From: Alteromonadaceae bacterium
Lineage (GTDB): Bacteria > Pseudomonadota > Gammaproteobacteria > Enterobacterales > Alteromonadaceae
NCBI GenBank assembly: GCA_041937835.1
Contig: JBGTXC010000001.1
Location: 1 to 39,806, forward strand
Direction of reading: 5' to 3'
DNA length: 39,806 nucleotides
In this document: piece by piece, positions 29,370-39,806 of the stretch
Numbering within the stretch: position 1 is the stretch's first letter
Layout of the letters: each line of letters starts with the position of its first letter
Notes under the pieces: model-generated
What the model saw: only the letters and a program-made list of their open reading frames with translations
The model's database searches: none
Told to the model about the DNA's origin: nothing
Position numbers and translations under genes: made by a program

Positions 29370-29448
29370 ATTATTTTTAGTGTCCTTTACTTCTTGTTGC
29401 GCCGTAGCGCGTTTTTCATTCTTCTATCGTGCAGGCTACACTGAATAT

Positions 29449-30843
29449 CTATAACCGTGTGAAGTCGTTAAGTAACGCAAAACTCGTTAATAACAACAAA
29501 ATAAGCGCACCGATACGAAAGCCAATTTCTTGCGTCTTTTCAGAGACTGGCTTTTTGCGAATAAGTTCAATCAGGTAATACATCAAATGCCCGCCATCTA
29601 GGATGGGCAGAGGTAAGAGATTGAAAACCCCTAAGTTCACACTTATCAGTGCTAAGAAACTTAAAAATGCAACTAACCCATAGCTTACGCTAGTACCGGC
29701 CCCCACTGCAATGCCCACAGGCCCACTTAAATTTTTTACTGAAACTTGGCCGGTTAACAGATTACCAATCATTTCAAAACTTAAGGTGATGAGTTGCCAA
29801 GTCTTTTCTACCCCAAGCCCTACTGCATCAAGCGGCCCGTATTGCTGGGTGACCACAAAGCCTTCTGGCCACGCTGGTACCGACGGGCTAACACCTAAAT
29901 AACCTTGGCTAAAGCCATCTGGCGTTGGTCTATTTTTCGGGGTGACTGTGACTAAACGTTCTTCGCCATCACGGCTGATGGTTAGGGTTAGTGCTTGATT
30001 GGCGCTATTTTGTACTTCTGCCACTAAAGCTTGCCACGAGCTTACCGGCTCGCCATTTAGAGCCACTATGGTGTCGTTTACTTCAAGGCCTGCGTTTGCT
30101 GCAGCTGAGTCAGCCTGTACTAGGGCAAGTGTTAACGTTGGCTCAGGTGAAAATGGCGTAATACCAATGCTATTAATCGGTGATTGACCAGAATCATCCA
30201 ACGTCCAATCACTGAGATTCACAGTGACTGTGCGTGCACTACCGCTATTCATTAAGGCGCTTTGTGTCCCTTCAAGCGTTTGGCTTTGCACCGGCTTTAC
30301 AGCAAAAGTAACATTCTGTTCGCCTAAATTATCCATCAGGCTTAGCGTAACATCGCGCCATGAGTGAATCTCTTCACCATTAATCGCTGTGATCTGCTCA
30401 CCTGGTTGTAACCCTGATTTTGCTGCAATCGACTGCTCAGCTACCTGCCCAATCACAGGTTTTACCGATTGCACGCCAACAAGGTACATCACCGCCAACA
30501 CAACAATGGCAAATAAGAAGTTTGCGATAGGACCGGCAGCCACCACAGCGATGCGCGCTGTTACAGGCTTACGGTTAAAGGCTAAGTGCTTTTCTGCCTC
30601 AGGCACAGCTTCAACTCGCTCATCCAACATTTTGACATAGCCACCTAAAGGGATAGCGGCAATCACAAATTCAGTGCCTTGTTTGTCATGCCAGCGAAGC
30701 AAGGGCTTACCAAAACCAATCGAAAAGCGTAGAACTTTCACCCCAGCTTTACGAGCAACCCAAAAATGTCCGTACTCATGCACAGTAACCAGTATCCCCA
30801 GTGCCAGTGCAAAAGAAGCGAGGTTAAAAATAAAATCAAGCAT
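29449..30843 (-). CDS. rseP: Intramembrane zinc metalloprotease RseP
   Basis: [20 protein letters not shown], two PDZ domains and [12 protein letters not shown]. Confidence 0.96.
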   Translation of the reverse strand: MLDFIFNLASFALALGILVTVHEYGHFWVARKAGVKVLRFSIGFGKPLLRWHDKQGTEFVIAAIPLGGYVKMLDERVEAVPEAEKHLAFNRKPVTARIAVVAAGPIANFLFAIVVLAVMYLVGVQSVKPVIGQVAEQSIAAKSGLQPGEQITAINGEEIHSWRDVTLSLMDNLGEQNVTFAVKPVQSQTLEGTQSALMNSGSARTVTVNLSDWTLDDSGQSPINSIGITPFSPEPTLTLALVQADSAAANAGLEVNDTIVALNGEPVSSWQALVAEVQNSANQALTLTISRDGEERLVTVTPKNRPTPDGFSQGYLGVSPSVPAWPEGFVVTQQYGPLDAVGLGVEKTWQLITLSFEMIGNLLTGQVSVKNLSGPVGIAVGAGTSVSYGLVAFLSFLALISVNLGVFNLLPLPILDGGHLMYYLIELIRKKPVSEKTQEIGFRIGALILLLLTSFALLNDFTRL

Positions 30844-32062
30844 TTAGCTTACCTTGTAAAAACACACTCTGGGTGCTTAGGCCTGTTTGAATGAAGTGAT
30901 TCGCTAAAACACGCGCTTTTTCGTCTAGCGCTAAAATGCAATCAAGGCTGGTAGGGTTTTCCGTGTGCAAGGCATCAAACACATGCTGGTTAACGCGGTA
31001 AATATCCATAAAGCCAATTTGCTCTGCGATGAAGGCAGCAACGGCCACTTCATTGGCAGCATTGATGGCTGTGGTTGCCCCTTGCCCAATACGGCATGCT
31101 TCAATGGCTAAAAATAAATTAGGATAGCGTTTTGCATCCGGGGATAAAAAACTAAAATCCCGCATGCTGGCAAAATCAAGCGGTGCGACCCCTGAACCAA
31201 TACGCTCAGGAAACGCCATCGCGTGCGCAATCGGTGTGCGCATATCCGGCTGCCCCATTTGCGCAAGCACTGAGCCATCCGTGTATTGCACCATAGAATG
31301 AATGATACTTTGCGGGTGAATGACCACCTCGATGTCATTAGGTGTGGCGTTGAATAGCCATTTAGCTTCAATAAACTCCAGCCCTTTATTCATCATAGTG
31401 GCAGAGTCTACCGAGATTTTTTGCCCCATAGACCAGTTAGGATGGGCAATGGCTTCAGCTGGGGTAATCTCTTCAAAAGATGAGAGCGCGCGCTCACGAA
31501 AAGGGCCACCTGAACCTGTGAGCAAAATTTTGCTAATGCCGTTATCGCTTAAGCTAGCCGAATGTGCTTGCTGTTGCACAGCATGTGGCATGCTTTGAAA
31601 AATGGCATTGTGCTCAGAGTCAATGGGTAACAAAGTCGCCCCTGAGGCCTTAACTGCGTCAATAAAGAGCTGTCCAGACATCACCAGCGCTTCTTTATTA
31701 GCAAGGAGAACAGTTTTACCCGCTTTTACAGCCGCAAGGGTTGGTAATAAACCTGCCGCCCCCACAATAGCAGCCATGACCATGTCCACATCCGCAGATG
31801 CGGCAATGTCTTCAAGCGCTTTTTCACCCGCAAGCACTGTGACTTGGGTATCTTTTAAACGGTTTTTAAGTTGCTCTGCGTGGGGTGTGCTTTGCATTAC
31901 AGCATATTGGGGAGTATGAGCACGGCAAAGGGCCTCCATGTCATCCACATTGGTGGCGGCACTTAAGGCAAACACATCAAAACGCTCAGGGTTACGACTA
32001 ATGACGTCCAGCGTACTTTGCCCGATAGATCCCGTTGCCCCTAATACGGTAATGCGCTTCAT
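30836..32062 (-). CDS. dxr: 1-deoxy-D-xylulose 5-phosphate reductoisomerase (IspC)
   Basis: [47 protein letters not shown]. Confidence 0.98.
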   Translation of the reverse strand: MKRITVLGATGSIGQSTLDVISRNPERFDVFALSAATNVDDMEALCRAHTPQYAVMQSTPHAEQLKNRLKDTQVTVLAGEKALEDIAASADVDMVMAAIVGAAGLLPTLAAVKAGKTVLLANKEALVMSGQLFIDAVKASGATLLPIDSEHNAIFQSMPHAVQQQAHSASLSDNGISKILLTGSGGPFRERALSSFEEITPAEAIAHPNWSMGQKISVDSATMMNKGLEFIEAKWLFNATPNDIEVVIHPQSIIHSMVQYTDGSVLAQMGQPDMRTPIAHAMAFPERIGSGVAPLDFASMRDFSFLSPDAKRYPNLFLAIEACRIGQGATTAINAANEVAVAAFIAEQIGFMDIYRVNQHVFDALHTENPTSLDCILALDEKARVLANHFIQTGLSTQSVFLQGKLNA

Positions 32063-32925
32063 ACTAGGTTAAACCACACCAACACAAGGATGAATAAAGG
32101 CACTGCTGCTGTTAGACTATCGATGCGATCCAAAATACCGCCATGCCCAGGTAAGCAACTACCCGAGTCTTTTACGCCGGCTTCACGTTTGAACATGCTT
32201 TCAAGCAAATCACCCACAGCTGAAAAAACTGCCACAACCACAGAAAGCCCTGCAACCAGTAGGAGTTTGTCTGTGTGAACGCCAGCAATCAGACAAAATG
32301 CCACAGCAAAAATTGCCACGGCCACTAGGCCGCCTAATAACCCTTCAAGGGTTTTATTTGGGCTTACCGCTGGCATCATTTTGCGTTTACCAAAATTCTT
32401 ACCACTAAAATAAGCGCCAATGTCTGCACTCCAGACAATGCCAAGCACAAACACTATGGCTAAAGAGCCATACGCAGAATCAGTATCAAAATGCATTGCG
32501 CGTAACGTGTTGAGGCCGAGCCAAAGCGGAATGAGTGTGAAAAGACCTGCGATAATGCGCGTAATTTGACTGCCTGCCCAAGCATGCTTGGCTCTTGGGT
32601 AAAGTACCACAAGTAAGGTAGCAAGTAGCCACCACGCACCTGTAGTAAGAAAAATCACGTAGGCTTCTTCTACCAAAGCACCTTGTTGCCAAAGGCTATT
32701 GATGTTTAAGCCCTTGTCCAAATACACCATTAAACCAGCCGCTGCCACAACTAAAGTGCCCCGTGTGCTGGCTTTTTGGTAACCCACTAAACGGCTCCAT
32801 TCCCACACACCTAAACACACAATGGCGCCAGCAATCAGTGTAAACCACGCTAATGGCGCATAAAATACCAATCCTAAGGCAGCAGGTGCTAGGACTGCGG
32901 ATGTTAAAATACGATGCTTTAACAC
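32059..32925 (-). CDS. cdsA: Phosphatidate cytidylyltransferase
   Basis: [48 protein letters not shown] start. Confidence 0.97.
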   Translation of the reverse strand: MLKHRILTSAVLAPAALGLVFYAPLAWFTLIAGAIVCLGVWEWSRLVGYQKASTRGTLVVAAAGLMVYLDKGLNINSLWQQGALVEEAYVIFLTTGAWWLLATLLVVLYPRAKHAWAGSQITRIIAGLFTLIPLWLGLNTLRAMHFDTDSAYGSLAIVFVLGIVWSADIGAYFSGKNFGKRKMMPAVSPNKTLEGLLGGLVAVAIFAVAFCLIAGVHTDKLLLVAGLSVVVAVFSAVGDLLESMFKREAGVKDSGSCLPGHGGILDRIDSLTAAVPLFILVLVWFNLV

Positions 32926-32939
32926 AATAAAAACCCTTC

Positions 32940-32963
32940 AAAAAAAATGAGCTTCACGCTCAT
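32940..32963 (-). terminator. Weak intrinsic terminator between uppS and cdsA
   Basis: Minus strand ATGAGC-GTGAA-GCTCAT followed by a T run. Confidence 0.55.
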
Positions 32964-32973
32964 ACTTTGGTGC

Positions 32974-33747
32974 TTACGCCACAGGCGTTGAATCGACGAG
33001 TAGTTGTTTTATTTGTTCGCCAGTACACCCGAATCGACGCTCGCGCGAGACATAGTCTGCGATAGCATCGCTCAAAGCCGACTCATCAAAGTCAGGCCAT
33101 AATGTTTTGGTAAAATATAATTCAGCATAAGCGGCTTGCCAGAGCAAGAAGTTACTGATGCGGTGGTCGCCGCCGGTGCGGATCAATAAATCCAATGCCG
33201 GTTGGTCATTTAAGCTAACGCGCTCAGAAATGGCGTCATCCGTGATACTTTCAAGGCTGCGTTGCCCACTGGCAACTTCTTCAGCAAGGGCTTTTGCAGC
33301 ATTCGCGATATCCCACTGGCCACCATAATTAGCAGCAATGTTTAACGTTAAGCCCGTATTCCCTGACGTTAACGCTTCGGCATCCGCGACTTTTTGTTGC
33401 AACTTATCTGAAAAACGAGAAATGTCGCCAATGATGTTTAGGCGAATGTTGTTTTTGTGAAGCTTTTTGACCTCTTGCCCAAGCACAAACATAAAGAGCT
33501 CCATTAAGGTGCTGACTTCATCTTCTGGGCGACGCCAATTTTCACTGCTAAACGCAAACAGCGTGAGTGATTTAACGCCTAACTTGCGACAGGTTTGCAC
33601 CGTTTCGCGCACCGCATCCACCCCTTTTTTATGGCCATATGCCCGAGGTTTCTTCTGCGCTTGTGCCCATCGCCCATTACCATCCATGATAATCGCAATG
33701 TGTTGCGGCAAGCTCTGCTGCGAAATGAGTTCTGCCTTGTCCACCAT
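32974..33747 (-). CDS. uppS: Undecaprenyl diphosphate synthase
   Basis: [40 protein letters not shown] and RERRFG. Confidence 0.98.
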   Translation of the reverse strand: MVDKAELISQQSLPQHIAIIMDGNGRWAQAQKKPRAYGHKKGVDAVRETVQTCRKLGVKSLTLFAFSSENWRRPEDEVSTLMELFMFVLGQEVKKLHKNNIRLNIIGDISRFSDKLQQKVADAEALTSGNTGLTLNIAANYGGQWDIANAAKALAEEVASGQRSLESITDDAISERVSLNDQPALDLLIRTGGDHRISNFLLWQAAYAELYFTKTLWPDFDESALSDAIADYVSRERRFGCTGEQIKQLLVDSTPVA

Positions 33748-33767
33748 GAAATTTACAATTTATCCAT

Positions 33768-33802
33768 AAAAAAACGCCGCCCAGTATACCCCAGACGGCG
33801 TT
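33768..33802 (-). terminator. Terminator after frr
   Basis: Minus strand AACGCCG...CGGCG-TTTTTTT. Confidence 0.7.
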
Positions 33803-33824
33803 GTTAACCTAATAATTTAGCTGA

Positions 33825-34382
33825 TTAGATTTCCATCAATTCAGCTTCTTTGGCGCTTAATAAAGCGTCCATTTCTTTGATGTATTTATCCGTGATTTTC
33901 TGGATTTCATCTTCAGATTGGTGCGCTTCATCTTCTGAAATTTCTTTGTCTTTCAGAAGCGCTTTGATGTCGCTGTTAGCGTCACGACGAATGTTACGTA
34001 CCGCTACACGGCCGCCTTCTACTTCACCACGTACGATCTTGATAAGATCTTTACGACGCTCTTCCGTCAACGGTGGTAAAGGGACACGAATTACTGTGCC
34101 CGCTGAGTTAGGGTTAAGCCCTAAGTCAGACGTCATGATGGCTTTTTCAACGGCTTGAGTCAGCGACTTATCAAACACTGTGATTGCCAAAGTACGTGAA
34201 TCTTCAGTGACGATGTTAGCAACCTGGCTCAGTGGTGTATCCGCACCGTAGTAAGATACTTGAATACCTTCAAGTAGGCTTGGGTGAGCACGGCCAGTAC
34301 GAATTTTAGATAGCTGGCTGCCAAGTGCCGCTACGCTTTTTTGCATGCGAGATTCCGCATCTTTTTTAATATCGTTAATCAC
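33825..34382 (-). CDS. frr: Ribosome recycling factor
   Basis: [22 protein letters not shown] and VRNIRRD. 185 aa, GTG start. Confidence 0.98.
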   Translation of the reverse strand: MINDIKKDAESRMQKSVAALGSQLSKIRTGRAHPSLLEGIQVSYYGADTPLSQVANIVTEDSRTLAITVFDKSLTQAVEKAIMTSDLGLNPNSAGTVIRVPLPPLTEERRKDLIKIVRGEVEGGRVAVRNIRRDANSDIKALLKDKEISEDEAHQSEDEIQKITDKYIKEMDALLSAKEAELMEI

Positions 34383-34407
34383 GTTGCATTCCTGATTATC
34401 TTGTTTT

Positions 34408-35145
34408 TTATTCCGGAGCGTTAGAAGAAATCACAGTGCCTTCTTCTTCACCCATAATCACGCGCTTCAATGCGCCTGGTTTATTCATGTTAAACACGCT
34501 CAGTGGCATGTTGTGGTCACGGGCAAGGGTAAATGCCGCTAAGTCCATGACCTTTAATTCTTTTTCGATAACGTCATTATAGTTAAGATGACGATAAAGG
34601 GTGGCTTCTGGGTTTTTAACTGGGTCGTCGCTGAACACACCGTCCACTTTGGTGGCTTTAATTACGGTATCCGCTTCAATCTCGATGCCACGTAAACACG
34701 CCGCAGAGTCTGTAGTGAAGAAAGGGTTACCCGTACCAGCAGAGAAAATCACCACTCGGCCTGATTTTAGCAAGCTAATGGCTTCTGCCCAGTTATAAGC
34801 ATCACACACGCCGTTTAGCGGAATGGCAGACATCAAGCGTGCATTCACAAAGGCACGGTGCAGCGCATCACGCATTGCAAGGCCATTCATTACTGTGGCA
34901 AGCATGCCCATGTGGTCGCCCACTACGCGGTTCATACCCGCTTCAGCCAGTGATCCACCTCGTAAGAAGTTACCACCACCAATCACTAAACCTACTTCAA
35001 CATCTAGCTCAACCAATTCCTTGATTTCTTGGGCCATACGGTCCAATACCTTAGGGTCGATTCCAAATCCTTCATCGCCCATTAACGCTTCGCCGCTTAG
35101 TTTAAGTAGGACGCGTCTGAAAATAGGTTTACGATTACTGTTCAT
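34408..35145 (-). CDS. pyrH: UMP kinase
   Basis: [24 protein letters not shown] and GNPFFTTD. Start placed at ATG 35145 behind AGGA. Confidence 0.98.
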   Translation of the reverse strand: MNSNRKPIFRRVLLKLSGEALMGDEGFGIDPKVLDRMAQEIKELVELDVEVGLVIGGGNFLRGGSLAEAGMNRVVGDHMGMLATVMNGLAMRDALHRAFVNARLMSAIPLNGVCDAYNWAEAISLLKSGRVVIFSAGTGNPFFTTDSAACLRGIEIEADTVIKATKVDGVFSDDPVKNPEATLYRHLNYNDVIEKELKVMDLAAFTLARDHNMPLSVFNMNKPGALKRVIMGEEEGTVISSNAPE

Positions 35146-35177
35146 ATTTATCCTGGCCACTCAAATTTTTTCTAGGT

Positions 35178-35216
35178 AAAAAATAACCGCACTCGATTGC
35201 TCGAAGCGCGGTTATT
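35178..35216 (-). terminator. Terminator of the rpsB-tsf operon
   Basis: AATAACCGC...GCGGTTATT stem followed by a T run on the minus strand. Confidence 0.75.
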
Positions 35217-35319
35217 CTAATGAATTTTAAGATATGACGCAAAAGCAATGTCGGACAAATGCCCAGAGGTCATTCACTCCATGATTGCGGTTAGGCGCCA
35301 TGCTTAAATTCACTCAGAC

Positions 35320-36171
35320 TTATTCGCCTTTCGCTGCTGCGATTTGCGCTGCAACTTCTGCTGCAAAGTCTTCTTCTTTCTTCTCGATACCTTCACCTAC
35401 TTCTAGGCGGATGAAGTTAGACACAGATGCGCCTTTCTCTTTAAGGTATTCGCCAACTGATTTCTTAGGCTCCATGATGAACGCCTGACCAGTAAGAGAG
35501 ATTTCGCCAGTGAACTTCTTCATGCGGCCAACAACCATCTTTTCAGCGATTTCAGCTGGCTTGCCTTCGTTCATTGCGATTTCTACTTGTACCGCTTTTT
35601 CTTTTTCAACAACTTCAGCAGGTACGTCTTCTGGGTTTACGAACTCAGGCTTAGAAGCAGCTACGTGCATAGCAACGTGCTTAAGCGTTTCTGCGTCAGC
35701 GTCACCTGCTACAACAACACCGATACGGTCGCCGTGGCGGTAAGAAGCAAGGTTTGCACCGTCGATGTACTCAACGCGACGAACGTTGATGTTTTCACCG
35801 ATTTTAGCAACTAGCGCTACACGCTCTTCTTCGAACTTAGCTTGAAGTTCAGCAATCGTAGTTTTTGCAACAGCAGCGTCGTCAGCTACTTTGTTAGCAA
35901 AACCTAGGAAGTTTTCATCTTTAGCTACGAAGTCAGTTTGGCAGTTAACTTCAACTAAGGCAGCAAAACCTGCGCCTTCTTTGATGATGATTGTGCCTTC
36001 AGCAGCAATGTTACCAGCTTTTTTAGCCGCTTTAGCAGCACCGCTCTTACGCATGTTTTCGATTGCTTGCTCAATGTCACCGTTCGTTTCAGTAAGCGCT
36101 TTTTTACAATCCATCATGCCAGCGCCAGTGCGCTCACGTAGTTCTTTTACTAGGGCAGCAGTTACAGCCAT
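35320..36171 (-). CDS. tsf: Elongation factor Ts
   Basis: [29 protein letters not shown] and GEGIEK...DFAAEV. Confidence 0.99.
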   Translation of the reverse strand: MAVTAALVKELRERTGAGMMDCKKALTETNGDIEQAIENMRKSGAAKAAKKAGNIAAEGTIIIKEGAGFAALVEVNCQTDFVAKDENFLGFANKVADDAAVAKTTIAELQAKFEEERVALVAKIGENINVRRVEYIDGANLASYRHGDRIGVVVAGDADAETLKHVAMHVAASKPEFVNPEDVPAEVVEKEKAVQVEIAMNEGKPAEIAEKMVVGRMKKFTGEISLTGQAFIMEPKKSVGEYLKEKGASVSNFIRLEVGEGIEKKEEDFAAEVAAQIAAAKGE

Positions 36172-36239
36172 TAGTATATCCTCGAGGTCGAATTCAATTT
36201 TTTAAAGCAAGCCGTCAGGCTCACTCCTAGAATAAGAAT

Positions 36240-36274
36240 ATCAAGCCTTCACCGGTTTAAGGTGAAGACTTGAT
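36240..36274 (-). other. Long hairpin in the rpsB-tsf spacer (attenuator or mRNA stability element)
   Basis: ATCAAG-C-CTTCACC...GGTGAAG-A-CTTGAT inverted repeat. Confidence 0.6.
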
Positions 36275-36292
36275 GACATCATTTCGAACTGA

Positions 36293-37021
36293 TTACTCAG
36301 CTTCTACGAAATCGTCTTTTTCAGCTTGTACCGCGATGTTGCTCTCACGACCTTCAACGATCGTGTCAGCTACTGCGTTAGTGTAAAGCTGGATTGCACG
36401 GATCGCATCGTCGTTACCAGGGATAACGAAGTCAACGCCGTCTGGGTTAGAGTTAGTATCAACTACAGATACTACTGGGATGCCCAGGTTGTTTGCTTCA
36501 CGGATTGCGATGTGCTCGTGGTCAGCATCGATAACAAAGATAGCGTCAGGAAGACCGCCCATGTCTTTGATACCGCCAAGGCTCTTCTCAAGCTTTTCCA
36601 TTTCGCGCGTAAGCATTAGCGCTTCTTTCTTAGTTAGCTTTTCGAAAGTACCGTCTTGGCTTTGAGTTTCAAGGTCTTTAAGACGCTTGATTGACTGACG
36701 CACTGTTTTCCAGTTAGTAAGCATACCACCTAACCAACGGTGGTTTACGAAGTACTGGTCAGAACGTAGTGCTGCTTCTTTAACTGCTTCGCTTGCTGCA
36801 CGCTTAGTACCAACGAAAAGGATTTTGCCTTTGTTAGATGCAGTGTTCTTTAAGAACGCCATTGCATCGTTGAACATAGGAACGGTCTTTTCTAGGTTGA
36901 TGATATGAACCTTGTTACGAGCACCGAAGATGAACGGCTTCATCTTAGGGTTCCAGTAACGTGCTTGGTGACCAAAGTGTACGCCTGCTTGAAGCATGTC
37001 GCGCATAGATACGTTTGCCAT
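36293..37021 (-). CDS. rpsB: 30S ribosomal protein S2
   Basis: [35 protein letters not shown] and [11 protein letters not shown] at 37021 with GAGGA RBS. Confidence 0.99.
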   Translation of the reverse strand: MANVSMRDMLQAGVHFGHQARYWNPKMKPFIFGARNKVHIINLEKTVPMFNDAMAFLKNTASNKGKILFVGTKRAASEAVKEAALRSDQYFVNHRWLGGMLTNWKTVRQSIKRLKDLETQSQDGTFEKLTKKEALMLTREMEKLEKSLGGIKDMGGLPDAIFVIDADHEHIAIREANNLGIPVVSVVDTNSNPDGVDFVIPGNDDAIRAIQLYTNAVADTIVEGRESNIAVQAEKDDFVEAE

Positions 37022-37029
37022 GATATTTC

Positions 37030-37175
37030 CTCTATTAGGGTTAGGCCTCCACATACCCCATTACACCAACGCGATTGCGCACCCAAGTGAATGTGACGGT
37101 ATGTGTGTGTGTTTAAATAAAATTATGTATTGCCTTCATTACAAACAAACCCGAAGATTTTATTTGTAAAAAGAC
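37030..37175 (-). ncRNA. tff: rpsB 5' leader (t44/tff-type, S2 autoregulatory element)
   Basis: Minus strand ACACACAC-ATACCGTCAC...GGGTG...GGTATGTGGAGGCCTAACCC matches the conserved gammaproteobacterial leader. There is an upstream hairpin TTACAAA...TTTGTAA. Confidence 0.85.
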
Positions 37176-37191
37176 GGCGCGCTTTATACCA
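37175..37191 (-). promoter_or_regulatory. Extended -10 promoter of rpsB-tsf with GC-rich discriminator
   Basis: Minus strand TGG-TATAAA-GCGCGCCG, the conserved rpsB promoter pattern. Confidence 0.8.
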
Positions 37192-37280
37192 TATTGAGGC
37201 TTTAAGCACAACAAAATGTGTAAAATATGCACATTATTTGTACTCGCAAACTTTGTTAAAAAACAGCTATAGGAGCGTCA

Positions 37281-38069
37281 ATGAGCGTCATTATCAAAAC
37301 GCCAGAAGAAATTGAAAAAATGCGTGTGGCAGGCCGCTTGGCAGCCGAAGTCCTTGAAATGATTGGGCCATATGTAAAACCTGGGGTGACGACCGATGAG
37401 CTTAATACCATTTGCCACGACTACATTGTCAATGAGCAAGACGCCATCCCTGCGCCTTTAAACTACCATGGTTTTCCAAAATCCATTTGTACCTCGGTCA
37501 ACCATGTTATTTGTCATGGCATTCCAAATGATAAGCCACTCAAAGACGGCGACATCATCAATATTGATGTGACTGTGATCAAAGACGGTTATCACGGTGA
37601 CACCTCAAAAATGTTCCATGTGGGTACGCCATCGATTCAAGGCAAACGTCTTGCAGACATCACCCAAGAAAGCCTCTACCTTGCCATCAAAATGGTCAAA
37701 CCTGGGGTGCGTTTAGGTGATATTGGCGCCGCCATCCAAAAATTTGCAGAAGGCTATAGCTACACGATTGTGCGCGAATACTGTGGTCACGGTATTGGTG
37801 CCGAATTCCATGAAGAGCCACAAGTAATGCACTACGGCAAGCCGGGTACAGGTGAAATGCTTAAAGCTGGCATGTGTTTAACCATTGAGCCTATGGTCAA
37901 TGCCGGTAAGCGCCAGTCTAAGTTACTTAAAGACGGTTGGACCGTGGTCACTAAAGACCGCAGCTTATCAGCACAATGGGAACACACCCTGCTAGTCACA
38001 GACAATGGCGTTGAGATTTTAACTCACCGCGAGGATGACACCATAGATCGCGTGATTGAACACGCTTAA
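37281..38069 (+). CDS. map: Type I methionine aminopeptidase
   Basis: CTSVN.VICHGIP, NIDVT...DGYHGD, CGHGIG..FHEEP, TIEPM and SAQWEHT. Confidence 0.98.
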   Translation: MSVIIKTPEEIEKMRVAGRLAAEVLEMIGPYVKPGVTTDELNTICHDYIVNEQDAIPAPLNYHGFPKSICTSVNHVICHGIPNDKPLKDGDIINIDVTVIKDGYHGDTSKMFHVGTPSIQGKRLADITQESLYLAIKMVKPGVRLGDIGAAIQKFAEGYSYTIVREYCGHGIGAEFHEEPQVMHYGKPGTGEMLKAGMCLTIEPMVNAGKRQSKLLKDGWTVVTKDRSLSAQWEHTLLVTDNGVEILTHREDDTIDRVIEHA

Positions 38070-38077
38070 GAGGTTCA

Positions 38078-39806
38078 ATGCCCCTCCCCAACTTGCTCAA
38101 AAAGCAGCTGCTTGAAGCCAAGCAGCTTGCTGATTATAAACAGGTTTCTGCAAACCTGTTCGATTGGCTCAAAACGGAATTTGCCAAACAACCCGTTGAG
38201 CATCTTATTCTTGCCCGCGCCGAATACATAGACACCCTACTGGTAAAACTCGTCCATGAATTTGGCTTGGCGCAGCATCACGATATTGCCCTTGTGGCTG
38301 TAGGTGGTTATGGCCGCGGCGAACTACACCCTTATTCAGACATAGATTTCATTCTCTTGGTGGGTGATTCACCTAACACTGCACTGCAAGAGCAAATCGC
38401 GCAGTTTGTTACCTTTTTGTGGGATCTGAACCTAGAGATTGGCCACAGTGTGCGCACGGTGGCAGAAACCATTAGCGACAGCCAATCGGATGTCACTTTA
38501 GCCACCTCTTTATTAGAATCACGTCTTATTTGGGGCGACCCACTTAAACTCGAAGCACTCAATGCTGAGCTTGAAATTAACCCACCTTGGCACTCACAGG
38601 CTTTCTACCTTGCTAAGCGCCAAGAGCAGATGCTCAGGCACAAACGCTGCCATGGCACAGCTTACAACTTAGAGCCAAACATCAAAGAAAACCCAGGTGG
38701 CATTCGCGACTTACAAACCGTGATTTGGGTGGCAAAAAAGCACTTTAACGTGCAAACCCTGCAACAGCTGATAAGCCATGGTTACCTCACTCATGAAGAA
38801 TACCAAGAGCTGTTGGAATGTTTAGAAAACCTCTGGAATATTCGCTTTGCGCTGCACATTGCAGCCGGGCGCTCAGAAAACCGTTTGTTGTTTGATCACC
38901 AACCAAACGCGGCGGATATTCTTGGCTTTGGGCGAGATGGTAAAGCTTCGGTTGAGCGTATGATGAAGCGCTTATTCAGAATAATGAGCCGAGTACGCGA
39001 GCTCAACCAAATGCTGCTATCGTATTTTGAGCAAAGCATTTTGCCTGATGAAAACGATCACCAAGTGATTGAGCTTGATGCCTATTTTGAGCGCGTAGGT
39101 CATCAAATTCGGGTGAAAAGCCCGTCTGTATTTTTTAGGCGTGACCAACTTTTAGTGTTATTTGAGCACATCGCACAGCACCCTGAAATCACTGACATTT
39201 ACCCAAGCACTATTCGGACTATGCGCCAAGTAAGGCGCCGTTTACTGGGTGATTTACAAGATTATGCCGCATGCCGGGATGCCTTTATGCGCATCATCAA
39301 GCACCCTAATGGCATGGGGCGCGCATTCACCTTAATGCACAAGCACGGCATCATCGCCGCGTATTTGCCCCAATGGCGTAACATCTTTGGGCAAATGCAG
39401 TTTGATCTTTTTCACACCTACACGGTGGATGAACACACCCACAGGTTAGTGCGAAATATCTATCGCTACTTCCAACGTGAAAACAAACATGAATTCCCGT
39501 TATGCAGCGAAATCGTCACCCGCATGGATAAACCCGAGCTACTGTATTTGGCCGCTATTTTCCATGATATCGCCAAAGGACGAGGTGGTGACCACTCTGA
39601 ACTTGGCGCTGTGGATGCCCTTGCCTTTTCACGGCTACATCGCTTAGCTAAATCCGATGCGCGCTTAATCGCTTGGTTAGTGGAAAACCACTTGCTGATG
39701 TCAGTCACAGCGCAGCGTAAAGACATTAACGACCCTGATGTCATCAACGAGTTTGCTAAAAAAGTGAAAACTGAGCGCCAGCTTGAGTACCTCTACTGCT
39801 TAACCG
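38078..39806 (+). CDS. glnD: [Protein-PII] uridylyltransferase, 5' part (runs off the window; absent from the ORF track)
   Basis: Manual translation from ATG 38078 (GAGG RBS): MPLPNLLKK...AVGGYGRGELHPYSDID (NTase)...NLEPNIKENPGGIRD...FHTYTVDEH...FHDIAKGRGGDHS (HD domain). map-glnD synteny. Confidence 0.96.
   Translation, partial: MPLPNLLKKQLLEAKQLADYKQVSANLFDWLKTEFAKQPVEHLILARAEYIDTLLVKLVHEFGLAQHHDIALVAVGGYGRGELHPYSDIDFILLVGDSPNTALQEQIAQFVTFLWDLNLEIGHSVRTVAETISDSQSDVTLATSLLESRLIWGDPLKLEALNAELEINPPWHSQAFYLAKRQEQMLRHKRCHGTAYNLEPNIKENPGGIRDLQTVIWVAKKHFNVQTLQQLISHGYLTHEEYQELLECLENLWNIRFALHIAAGRSENRLLFDHQPNAADILGFGRDGKASVERMMKRLFRIMSRVRELNQMLLSYFEQSILPDENDHQVIELDAYFERVGHQIRVKSPSVFFRRDQLLVLFEHIAQHPEITDIYPSTIRTMRQVRRRLLGDLQDYAACRDAFMRIIKHPNGMGRAFTLMHKHGIIAAYLPQWRNIFGQMQFDLFHTYTVDEHTHRLVRNIYRYFQRENKHEFPLCSEIVTRMDKPELLYLAAIFHDIAKGRGGDHSELGAVDALAFSRLHRLAKSDARLIAWLVENHLLMSVTAQRKDINDPDVINEFAKKVKTERQLEYLYCLT

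Noticed and set aside
30235-30295. Short polar insertion ([17 protein letters not shown]) in the RseP PDZ region
   Set aside because: It is in frame and low complexity, most likely a variable surface loop. It has no intein or repeat features.
30836-34382. Gene order frr-uppS-cdsA-dxr differs from E. coli
   Set aside because: This is the usual order in non-enteric gammaproteobacteria.
37102-37112. (TG)n dinucleotide run as a microsatellite or phase-variation tract
   Set aside because: It is the conserved ACACAC stretch of the rpsB leader on the minus strand.

Overview
This is a housekeeping-dense chromosomal window from a marine gammaproteobacterium (Alteromonadales; the protein sequences look most like Pseudoalteromonas, which is inference). 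Left to right it contains ppiB-lpxH, miaE, a Yip1/YohC membrane protein, the purF-cvpA-dedD-folC-accD-truA block (minus strand), a short AT-rich islet with one 102-aa orphan ORF, the SRP RNA gene ffs, DUF3014, a patatin, a Kef/CPA2 antiporter and a GGDEF cyclase. It continues with the large minus-strand cluster rpsB-tsf-pyrH-frr-uppS-cdsA-dxr-rseP-bamA-skp-lpxD-fabZ-lpxA-(RDD)-lpxB-rnhB-dnaE-accA-tilS, then map and the 5' part of glnD. I saw no transposase, integrase, CRISPR array, tRNA, rRNA or phage structural gene, and I found no multi-gene novel system I can support. The best leads are: (i) the orphan ORF and regulatory-site-rich islet between ffs and truA, where asd/fimV would usually lie; (ii) a sigma-54 promoter plus TGT-N10-ACA enhancer in front of the diguanylate cyclase; (iii) an RDD gene splitting lpxA from lpxB between two look-alike terminators; (iv) a Met at the LpxA chain-length ruler position; (v) FadR-like boxes for accD and, inside dnaE, for accA; (vi) a ~90-nt structured RNA in the tsf 3' UTR. 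All motif and structure calls were made by eye.
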